Virus record (IMG/VR): IMGVR_UViG_3300027969_000047
DNA length: 64,000 bases
Direction: 5' to 3' (one strand)
Origin: a virus
A program made the translations under genes and the position numbers. Below the pieces are notes generated by a model. That model worked only from the letters and a program-made list of their open reading frames with translations. It did not search any database and was not told where the DNA came from. Of the stretch, positions 10,053-16,502 are shown piece by piece. Each line of letters starts with the position of its first letter. Position 1 is the stretch's first letter.

Positions 10053-10634
10053 TTACATAGTGGGACCGTTGCCGTTTTTAAAGCCAACGGAACCACCTTC
10101 TTCTTCGATTCTCTTAATCACATCTTCAAAGAGAATGGGTCTAAAGTCTGTTTGTTCTACACAAACACAATGGTATCTAGCATCAACACCCATAGGTTTA
10201 CCATTGAAGCCACGAATCATCACACGATTTGCATGTAGATGACCATGAATGTTTGTGCCAAAACGACCTAGACTGTCACTATGAATTGGGATATGACTAA
10301 GAATCATTCCATTCATTACATGATATGCTCTCAATTCACGAAAATGAATTCTGTATTCATCATCACGAAAGATATCATGGTTACCACGAATCAGAACTTT
10401 ATCACCGTTTAGCCTGTGCATGATGCTAAGTGCCTTTCGGTTGATTACAACATCACCGAGGTGGTACACTTTATCATTTGGTCGAACAGTTTCGTTCCAT
10501 CGCTTGACCATTTCTTCATCCATATCTTCTGGATTGTCCCATGGTCTTAATTTCGTTACTCCGTCATCACGAAGAAACTTACACACTCCAGCATGACCGA
10601 AATGTGTGTCACTTGTCAAAAATACTGAAGGCAT
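10053..10634 (-). CDS. calcineurin-like metallophosphoesterase
   Basis: SDTHFGH, HLGD, GNHD, HGHLH motifs. Confidence 0.9.
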   Translation of the reverse strand: MPSVFLTSDTHFGHAGVCKFLRDDGVTKLRPWDNPEDMDEEMVKRWNETVRPNDKVYHLGDVVINRKALSIMHRLNGDKVLIRGNHDIFRDDEYRIHFRELRAYHVMNGMILSHIPIHSDSLGRFGTNIHGHLHANRVMIRGFNGKPMGVDARYHCVCVEQTDFRPILFEDVIKRIEEEGGSVGFKNGNGPTM

Positions 10635-10657
10635 AATTTTCTCCTATTAATTCGCTT

Positions 10658-10733
10658 TGGGTTGTGCTATGAGGATTGAACTCATACTATCTCGGTCACA
10701 GCGAGAGGTGCAGACCACTACACTAAGCACAAC
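10658..10733 (-). tRNA. tRNA-His(GTG) with G-1:C73
   Basis: TCTCG-CT-GTG-AC-CGAGA; encoded G-1, C73 and CCA. Confidence 0.92.
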
Positions 10734-10763
10734 CCAAAGCAAATTGGTATCATAAATATAAGG

Positions 10764-11009
10764 ATGTTTTGGACTATCGTCATCATAAGTGTTGGTATTA
10801 TATCACCAAACATTCAATATGTGGGGCAATTTACAGAAGAATCCCAATGTATGAATGCTTTAACAACTCTGAAGAATCAAACTTATCCACCACAATTAAA
10901 ACTAACATGTGTTCAGTTTCCTGAGCCACCGCCACCGCCTGCGCCACCACCAGCACCACCTAAAGTCATACCTAAAGAATCGATATCTTCAAAAGATGCT
11001 AAGAAATGA
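10764..11009 (+). CDS. small exported Pro-rich protein
   Basis: hydrophobic N-terminus, two Cys, poly-Pro; CATAAATA late-like element at 10751-10758. Confidence 0.65.
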   Translation: MFWTIVIISVGIISPNIQYVGQFTEESQCMNALTTLKNQTYPPQLKLTCVQFPEPPPPPAPPPAPPKVIPKESISSKDAKK

Positions 11010-11497
11010 TAGACCCATTTACCGCATTTGTATTGGCACAAACTGCTGTTGCTGGCATTAAAAAAGCTGTTGCACTAGGCAAAGACATCAATGGCCTGAT
11101 AAAAGAATTCAGCGCATTCTACAAAGCCGCTGATGATGTACATCACTCGGCAGTAAAAGCTAAAATCGATTCTATTCGTATGAGTAATGCAGAGATAAAT
11201 GCCAGAGCATTAGAAATTGCTATGGCATCAAGAGCATTACGAATACATGAGAAAGAACTCAAAGACATTCTATTCTGGTCTGGCAATGCTGACACCTACT
11301 ATGAAATGCAAGCAGAACGCAAAAGAATGATGGAAGAGCGTCAAGCAGAAGAAAAAAGAGTAGAAGAGCAAAAACAAAAAGACCGTGAAGCCAAAGCAAG
11401 GGCTATGATGGGCACTCTTTGGATTATGGGTTCTCTTTGCATTGTCATACCAATGTGTACAATTCTCTTTCAACTGATAACAGTCAAACATTTATAA
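11006..11497 (+). CDS. membrane-anchored coiled-coil protein (paralog of 30975-31652)
   Basis: MIDPFTAF..AQ.A N-terminus, C-terminal TM helix. Confidence 0.75.
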   Translation: MIDPFTAFVLAQTAVAGIKKAVALGKDINGLIKEFSAFYKAADDVHHSAVKAKIDSIRMSNAEINARALEIAMASRALRIHEKELKDILFWSGNADTYYEMQAERKRMMEERQAEEKRVEEQKQKDREAKARAMMGTLWIMGSLCIVIPMCTILFQLITVKHL

Positions 11498-11571
11498 TGG
11501 AGCGGAGTGAGAGAATCGAACTCTCAACGGAAGATTGGAAATCTACAGTTTTACCATTAAACTAACCCCGC
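11498..11571 (-). tRNA. tRNA-Gly(TCC)
   Basis: GTAGA-TT-TCC-AA-TCTTC, U73 CCA. Confidence 0.92.
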
Positions 11572-11653
11572 AAATGCACCGATGCTTATTCAAGCAGAAG
11601 CAATGTTCGGTGCCACACAAAGGCAAGATTTAAAAAGAGCCTGCACTCTATAC

Positions 11654-11728
11654 TGGAGCGGGTAGAGGGAATCGAACCCTCAACTAAACCTTGGCAAGGT
11701 CTTGTGTTACCACTAGCACCATACCCGC
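11654..11728 (-). tRNA. tRNA-Gly(GCC)
   Basis: AGACC-TT-GCC-AA-GGTTT, U73 CCA. Confidence 0.95.
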
Positions 11729-11731
11729 ATA

Positions 11732-12220
11732 CTACGCCTCAGCTAATTCTTGTTCAGCCAAGATTCTTTTCAGTCTATCAGCACAGAAACTTGCGGCTGG
11801 CGCATCTGGCTTGACCATTGGTGTCACATTACATGTACCTTTGATATAACCAATTGCTTGTTGCACTACGCAAGAACTTCCGTGTTCATCAGATTTGTTC
11901 AAGTCCAAATGAACTTCAACATGTCTATCTTCAAGCACATCGGCTAACGATTGAAACAATTCTGAAACCTTGTAGACTTCAGTCATCAATCTCATAGCAG
12001 GTTTGCTTTTCTTGTGGTCATAATCTAATTCACGATTTAGAAAACCGAAAATCTTACAGCCATGGCGTCCATCAATGTGAACTACAACAGCCAATGCATA
12101 ATCTGCATACCACACGCCGTCAACTCTAACTCTTTCTGAATCAGCACCGAGATACACTTTCGTATCAGGTCCTTGATTCACAATGAATTGTTTCACTTTT
12201 TCGATTTCAAAATTTTTCAT
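11732..12220 (-). CDS. RNase H-like YkuK/DUF458 family protein
   Basis: VYLGADS, RLMTEV, VEVHLDLN, AASFCADR motifs. Confidence 0.75.
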   Translation of the reverse strand: MKNFEIEKVKQFIVNQGPDTKVYLGADSERVRVDGVWYADYALAVVVHIDGRHGCKIFGFLNRELDYDHKKSKPAMRLMTEVYKVSELFQSLADVLEDRHVEVHLDLNKSDEHGSSCVVQQAIGYIKGTCNVTPMVKPDAPAASFCADRLKRILAEQELAEA

Positions 12221-12236
12221 AGATACTTCTTTCTTA

Positions 12237-12311
12237 TGGCACCCCGCCAGGGATTCGAACCCCGTCCCACGGTTTTGGAGACCGTCATGCTGCCGTTAAC
12301 ACCAGCGAGAT
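12237..12311 (-). tRNA. tRNA-Trp(CCA)
   Basis: ACGGT-CT-CCA-AA-ACCGT, G73 CCA. Confidence 0.95.
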
Positions 12312-12314
12312 GTA

Positions 12315-12389
12315 TGGTCCTCTCGAAAGGAATCGAACCTTAGGTCTTTCGGTTATCAGCCGAATGCTCTACCATTAAGCTACAAGAGG
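12315..12389 (-). tRNA. tRNA-Ile(GAT)
   Basis: TTCGG-CT-GAT-AA-CCGAA. Confidence 0.95.
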
Positions 12390-12394
12390 AAACT

Positions 12395-12469
12395 TGGCGG
12401 GTCCTGAGAGAATCGAACTCCCACTCGTAGGTTCGTAGCCTACTGTAATATCCATTTTACTAAAGACCC
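12395..12469 (-). tRNA. tRNA-Arg(ACG)
   Basis: GTAGG-CT-ACG-AA-CCTAC. Confidence 0.95.
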
Positions 12470-12473
12470 ATAT

Positions 12474-12548
12474 TGGTGGTGATAGTTGGATTCGAGCCAA
12501 CGACCTCCTGCGTATGAAGCAGATGCACTACCGCTGTGCTATATCACC
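12474..12548 (-). tRNA. tRNA with CAT anticodon, probably elongator Met
   Basis: TCTGC-TT-CAT-AC-GCAGG; G1-C72 paired. Confidence 0.85.
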
Positions 12549-12552
12549 ATAT

Positions 12553-12628
12553 TGGTTGCAGAGGCAGGATTCGAACCTGCGGTTCTTGGCTTATGAGACC
12601 AAGCGGATGACCACTTCCATACTCTGCG
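12553..12628 (-). tRNA. initiator-like tRNA-fMet(CAT)
   Basis: C1:A72 mismatch; TTGGT-CT-CAT-AA-GCCAA. Confidence 0.85.
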
Positions 12629-12633
12629 ACAAT

Positions 12634-12710
<77 letters not shown>

Positions 12711-12718
12711 ATAAAACT

Positions 12719-12792
12719 TGGTGCCCCATGACAGAATCGAACTGCCGTAACCTGATTACAAAACAGGTGTAATACCATTATACTAATAGGGC
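12719..12792 (-). tRNA. tRNA-Thr(TGT)
   Basis: CCTGT-TT-TGT-AA-TCAGG. Confidence 0.93.
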
Positions 12793-12799
12793 GAAAACA

Positions 12800-12877
12800 T
12801 GGTCTGTGTGGTTGGATTCGAACCAACGGCTCCTCACTTCCAAGGCGAGATGTCTGACCTGACTGACATACACACAG
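12800..12877 (-). tRNA. tRNA-Pro(TGG), second copy, A37
   Basis: CTCGC-CT-TGG-AA-GTGAG. Confidence 0.9.
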
Positions 12878-12885
12878 ATAAAACT

Positions 12886-12960
12886 TGGTGGACCGTAAGA
12901 GAATCGAACTCTTAATTTCTGGTTGCAAACCAGATGTGTTACCATTAGCACTAACAGCCC
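12886..12960 (-). tRNA. tRNA-Ala(TGC)
   Basis: TCTGG-TT-TGC-AA-CCAGA; G3:U70. Confidence 0.95.
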
Positions 12961-13014
12961 GAAATATGTGATTGACTACTTATCTCATTATACGCCATCA
13001 ATCAAGGCGAGTAC

Positions 13015-13090
13015 TGGCTCCTCAGGATGGGATCGAACCACCGACATTCTGGTTAACAGCCAGACGCAACTACCGCTGTGCTACTGAGGA
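13015..13090 (-). tRNA. tRNA-Asn(GTT)
   Basis: TCTGG-CT-GTT-AA-CCAGA. Confidence 0.95.
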
Positions 13091-13096
13091 ATATTC

Positions 13097-13459
13097 TTAT
13101 ACTAACTCGTATTCTAAACTCACGGATTCAGAATAGTAGCCGTTTGATTCTCCCAACCAACGAACATCAACATAACCTTTGCGGGTAGCAAATTTGTAGA
13201 ATGTCCATGTGTAAGAATCATGGTACCCATCTTCCCAACCAGCAGGAGCCTCACCTGATACCTCTTCAGCCATCAACAGTGGTTCACCTTCTAAGTCTGA
13301 CAAGTCACCAACGATATCTTCTATCGAAACGGACTCACAACAATCTTGGTAATGGAAGAAACTGAATCTTTCTTTATCATTAGCAAATGTCATTGTTTCG
13401 CCATCTTGTGTCACCGATGTGAACACTTTACCAACCATATCATTTATATTCATTTTCAA
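13097..13459 (-). CDS. hypothetical phage protein
   Basis: AAGGAG SD; 120 aa ORF with QDCCE and SNGYYSE segments. Confidence 0.8.
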   Translation of the reverse strand: MKMNINDMVGKVFTSVTQDGETMTFANDKERFSFFHYQDCCESVSIEDIVGDLSDLEGEPLLMAEEVSGEAPAGWEDGYHDSYTWTFYKFATRKGYVDVRWLGESNGYYSESVSLEYELV

Positions 13460-13476
13460 CTCCTTACAAAAAAACT

Positions 13477-13551
13477 TGGCGGTTCGTAGGGGTAACGATC
13501 CCCTTCTTTATGCGTGACAGGCATATGTGCGTCCATGAACACTTACGAACC
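13477..13551 (-). tRNA. tRNA-Asp(GTC), atypical T-loop
   Basis: TATGC-CT-GTC-AC-GCATA; T-loop ATCGTTA. Confidence 0.88.
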
Positions 13552-13555
13552 AAAT

Positions 13556-13743
13556 TAGTACAAGCTACTGGTTTCCACACCAGCCCTTGATTGAGCGGTT
13601 ACTCTGTCCATCTTTTTTATCTGGTACCTGTGTGCAGAAAGATAACTGCCTATCAGAGCCTGAGTATTTCTCTCGCTAACGGTCTTCTGCCACCGGATCT
13701 CTATCGCTAATCAAACGCTACTTTAAGGGAAGTAGTAACCGGA
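13556..13743 (-). ncRNA. candidate ~190-nt structured ncRNA between tRNA-Tyr and tRNA-Asp
   Basis: no ORF in the track; 8-bp closing stem CGGTTACT/AGTAACCG, several hairpins, possible pseudoknot. Confidence 0.55.
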
Positions 13744-13744
13744 T

Positions 13745-13830
13745 TGGTGGAGACAGATGGATTCGAACCACCGTGCTTTTTACAGAACAGATTTACAGTC
13801 TGCCGCCTTCAGCCACTCGGCCATATCTCC
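13745..13830 (-). tRNA. tRNA-Tyr(GTA)
   Basis: GCAGA-CT-GTA-AA-TCTGT, long variable arm. Confidence 0.95.
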
Positions 13831-13838
13831 AAAACTTT

Positions 13839-13913
13839 TGGTAGGGGTACAGAGAATCGAACTCTGATTAATAGGTTAAAAGCCTACTACTTTAGCCGTT
13901 AAGTTATACCCCC
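13839..13913 (-). tRNA. tRNA-Lys(TTT)
   Basis: GTAGG-CT-TTT-AA-CCTAT. Confidence 0.95.
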
Positions 13914-13997
13914 AAAATCTACCATAGAAAAACACATTCAACATTACACCCTTGATTCGCTACTGCTACTAGGGGCGGGTTTTAATGTGTTTATCTA

Positions 13998-14072
13998 TGG
14001 TACTCAGTACGGGAATCGAACCCGTCTTTCCAGATTGAAAGTCTAGCGACCTAACCGATAGTCGAACTGAGC
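13998..14072 (-). tRNA. tRNA-Glu(TTC)
   Basis: CTAGA-CT-TTC-AA-TCTGG. Confidence 0.93.
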
Positions 14073-14086
14073 ATAAGCAATGCAAA

Positions 14087-14098
14087 TTTTTAAAGAAC
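14087..14098 (-). promoter_or_regulatory. boxA-like antitermination element GTTCTTTAAAAA
   Basis: resembles rrn boxA; lies between promoter and first tRNA; identical copy at 15049-15060. Confidence 0.7.
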
Positions 14099-14124
14099 TT
14101 ATCGATTTCTCAACCGATGCATGT

Positions 14125-14152
14125 AGTATAACAGAACTGTAGGTTTTGTCAA
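14125..14152 (-). promoter_or_regulatory. internal tRNA-operon promoter TTGACA-N16-TATACT
   Basis: agtata 14125-14130, tgtcaa 14147-14152. Confidence 0.75.
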
Positions 14153-14191
14153 CATCTTTTTTTCATACTGTTGCAAAAATACAACAGTGAC

Positions 14192-14269
14192 TGGAAGTGC
14201 GAGTGAGATTCGAACTCACGATTGTACTGGTTTGCAATCAGTTGCCTTTGACCACTCGGCCACCGCACT
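14192..14269 (-). tRNA. tRNA-Cys(GCA)
   Basis: ACTGA-TT-GCA-AA-CCAGT, U73. Confidence 0.92.
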
Positions 14270-14274
14270 ATAAT

Positions 14275-14353
14275 TGGTACCCTTACTCAGATTCGAACTG
14301 AGAGAACTCTTCCTTTTGAGAGAAGCGACTTTACCAGATTTGTCCACAAGGGC
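14275..14353 (-). tRNA. tRNA-Leu(CAA), short variable loop
   Basis: CTTCT-CT-CAA-AA-GGAAG; only 79 nt. Confidence 0.88.
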
Positions 14354-14354
14354 A

Positions 14355-14429
14355 TGGTAGACTGAAAGAGAATTGAACTCTTACTCGACCGATTATGAGT
14401 CGGCTGCTTTACCATTAAGCTATCAGTCT
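14355..14429 (-). tRNA. tRNA(CAT), probably Ile2 (lysidine-type)
   Basis: GCCGA-CT-CAT-AA-TCGGT resembles the bacterial Ile2 anticodon arm. Confidence 0.8.
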
Positions 14430-14671
14430 TCTTTTTCTAAATCTTGTTCGAGTCTTTGTTCTTGTATCGTTTTCTCTTTGAAAACTTTTCTAGGATTACT
14501 GCACATCACACATCTAGGATTACCACAATTCATAGCATGATGTTTTGCGAACTTGTGAGGCTCATCAACAACAATACCGAACTCTTTAGCAATCTTAACT
14601 TGTTTCTTCACTGCATTGTCTGTTTCGAAAATGCGTTTAGAATGCTTGATTTTCTCTTCTTCATGCGACAT
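14423..14671 (-). CDS. hypothetical Cys/His (CxxxxCxxC) protein
   Basis: AGGAG SD before MSHEEE; CGNPRCVMC. Confidence 0.7.
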   Translation of the reverse strand: MSHEEEKIKHSKRIFETDNAVKKQVKIAKEFGIVVDEPHKFAKHHAMNCGNPRCVMCSNPRKVFKEKTIQEQRLEQDLEKED

Positions 14672-14689
14672 ACCAACTCCTTTAAGAAA

Positions 14690-14781
14690 TGGCAGAGAGT
14701 AAGGGATTCGAACCCTTGGTCCACTTTTCAATGAACGACAGTTTAGCAAACTGTTGATTTAAGCCACTCATCCAACTCTCT
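14690..14781 (-). tRNA. tRNA-Ser(GCT)
   Basis: ACAGT-TT-GCT-AA-ACTGT, long variable arm, G73. Confidence 0.95.
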
Positions 14782-14788
14782 ATAAACT

Positions 14789-14876
14789 TGGCGGAAGAAC
14801 TGAGATTCGAACTCAGGGACCTTTTAAAGTCGGCAGTTTTCAAGACTGCTGGTTTAAACCACTCACCCACTCTTCC
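14789..14876 (-). tRNA. tRNA-Ser(TGA)
   Basis: GCAGT-CT-TGA-AA-ACTGC, long variable arm. Confidence 0.95.
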
Positions 14877-14959
14877 AAATACCATAGAAAAACACACTTC
14901 GAATGTTGTACAACAGAAATTATTCAACACGGCAACCACCGCTGAAGTGTGTTTATCTA

Positions 14960-15033
14960 TGGCAGGGACACTAGGAATCGAACCTAGACTAACAGAGTCA
15001 AAGTCTGTTGTGCTACCACTACACAATGTCCCA
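14960..15033 (-). tRNA. tRNA-Gln(TTG)
   Basis: ACAGA-CT-TTG-AC-TCTGT; first tRNA of the array. Confidence 0.95.
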
Positions 15034-15048
15034 ACAAAGCAATGCAAA

Positions 15049-15060
15049 TTTTTAAAGAAC
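15049..15060 (-). promoter_or_regulatory. boxA-like antitermination element GTTCTTTAAAAA
   Basis: precedes tRNA-Gln; part of a 25-nt exact repeat with 14075-14099. Confidence 0.7.
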
Positions 15061-15067
15061 TGTAGTC

Positions 15068-15096
15068 AGTGTAACAGAAGTCGATGCATCTGTCAA
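15068..15096 (-). promoter_or_regulatory. tRNA-operon promoter TTGACA-N17-TACACT
   Basis: agtgta 15068-15073, tgtcaa 15091-15096. Confidence 0.65.
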
Positions 15097-15126
15097 GCAA
15101 CCTAAGTTGCTATTTTTTACAACTAC

Positions 15127-15169
15127 AAACCAAAATCCCCTAGTTTTTTAGGCTAGGGGATTTTGGTTT
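15127..15169 (-). terminator. intrinsic terminator (putative attenuator) upstream of the tRNA array
   Basis: AAACCAAAATCCCCTAG, 9-nt loop, CTAGGGGATTTTGGTTT; U-rich tail. Confidence 0.85.
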
Positions 15170-15189
15170 ATTTTGTATTGGTTACAAAG

Positions 15190-15309
15190 TTAGCAAAATC
15201 CCCATCGTGTTCCATAATCCGCATTCATATTAATTGAGCATGGGCGTGACTCAACCTGCCAGAGTGCGGCGGGGCTTAACTTAAAGAAATGGGAGATTGT
15301 TTGCATCAT
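15190..15309 (-). CDS. putative attenuator leader peptide (M)MQTISHFFKLSPAALWQVESRPCSINMNADYGTRWGFC containing all 20 amino acids
   Basis: hand translation; perfect promoter with predicted +1 at the second ATG (15306); codons 36-39 are complementary to the terminator 5' arm. Confidence 0.8.
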   Translation of the reverse strand: MMQTISHFFKLSPAALWQVESRPCSINMNADYGTRWGFC

Positions 15310-15312
15310 AGT

Positions 15313-15341
15313 ATTATATATGTTTTTTTATTGCTTGTCAA
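15313..15341 (-). promoter_or_regulatory. perfect sigma70 promoter TTGACA-N17-TATAAT driving the leader peptide
   Basis: attata 15313-15318, tgtcaa 15336-15341. Confidence 0.85.
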
Positions 15342-15685
15342 GTGTTTTCTTCGGAAATATTTGGATTAATTTGTAAATTTTCTACAACATGATTCCAAAC
15401 TTCTTCTGACTGTTCATCTTCTAAATCTTTCTTCTGTTCATCTTCTAATTCTTCCATTTGTTCATCCCATAAATCTTCACGAACATCACTCCACAGTGTT
15501 TGAAATGCATCATCTAGTTTTGTTTGAATATCTTCTAACGAACCTTCAAGATAAAACAATGCCTCATTGATATCTTCAGATGTTGATTGTTCAACACCAT
15601 TAGCGATTACTCGAAATGTTGAATAGAAAGATTTAAGGCGAATTACTTCTTGTTCTAATTGGCTTAATTGATAATAATATTTCAT
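15338..15685 (-). CDS. acidic hypothetical protein
   Basis: AAGGA SD, 115 aa. Confidence 0.7.
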   Translation of the reverse strand: MKYYYQLSQLEQEVIRLKSFYSTFRVIANGVEQSTSEDINEALFYLEGSLEDIQTKLDDAFQTLWSDVREDLWDEQMEELEDEQKKDLEDEQSEEVWNHVVENLQINPNISEENT

Positions 15686-15696
15686 AACGATTCCTT

Positions 15697-16203
15697 TTAA
15701 TTTTGCGGGCTAACATAAACATTCACATTCAGCGTTGAGCCGATTTGTAAAAAATGACTTGTACGAATTGTCAATTGTCTTCCATGATAATCTAAAGTCG
15801 TATTGTATCCTTCAGGTGCAGATACTGTTTGATATGTGGTAAAGCATTGTGTCTGGACTTGTGATTGTTGCGACATTGATTTATCAATCTTACTACCAAC
15901 TATAGCACCAGTCACGGCACCAATTGCTGTTGATATGCCTTGCCCAATACCACCACCTACTTGATGACCAATGATGCCACCAGCAACACCACCAATCACT
16001 GTTCCTGTAGTGCCATCACTACTAGGTCCAACTACAGTCACTTGCCTACATGATTGTGATGGAACATTCTGCATTGAAAATACAGGCTCAACATCCACAA
16101 CTCTAGCAACATCACGAAACTGCAATTGATTGTTAGGTGTTATTTGATTTTGTGCAAAGGCAATGCTAGGTGCAATCAACAATGCAAGGACTGTCTTTCT
16201 CAT
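15697..16203 (-). CDS. glycine-zipper 2TM (YcfJ-like) exported protein
   Basis: signal peptide; GGVAGGIIGHQVGGG glycine zipper. Confidence 0.85.
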   Translation of the reverse strand: MRKTVLALLIAPSIAFAQNQITPNNQLQFRDVARVVDVEPVFSMQNVPSQSCRQVTVVGPSSDGTTGTVIGGVAGGIIGHQVGGGIGQGISTAIGAVTGAIVGSKIDKSMSQQSQVQTQCFTTYQTVSAPEGYNTTLDYHGRQLTIRTSHFLQIGSTLNVNVYVSPQN

Positions 16204-16502
16204 ACTTCTTCTCCGATAGAAAAATTGAAACCCTTAATAGAATCCCAGCGAAATGAACGCCATTCATCTTTCTCAACATCAAACACCGATTGTGATTCTT
16301 CACTCTTCTTGCGAGTAGAGGTTCCTTTTGGAATCATATCGAAAGGAATCAAATCTTCTTTCAGTGTAGCCTTAATCACTCGCTCACTTAAATCTTTTTT
16401 AGTGAATGTGATTGTCACAACACCTTCTTGCAATATGGCTCGAAGCCAATTCTTTTCTTTTTCACTCTTAAACACAATTTCAGTACTCATAAACATCTCC
16501 AT
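16200..16502 (-). CDS. SH3-like beta-barrel (WYL_2/DUF2693-type) protein
   Basis: TFTKKD..ER.IKATL and VFDVEKDEWRSFRWDS motifs. Confidence 0.75.
   Translation of the reverse strand: MEMFMSTEIVFKSEKEKNWLRAILQEGVVTITFTKKDLSERVIKATLKEDLIPFDMIPKGTSTRKKSEESQSVFDVEKDEWRSFRWDSIKGFNFSIGEEV

Noticed and set aside
14168-14187. CTGT...ACAG as a LexA SOS box
   Set aside because: The spacer is 12 bp, not 8; the conserved core across sites is GTTG-N8-CAAC.
14682-15105. ORF-track calls 14682..15047 (-) and 14788..15105 (+)
   Set aside because: They overlie tRNA-Ser/Ser/Gln and are shadow ORFs of structured RNA genes.
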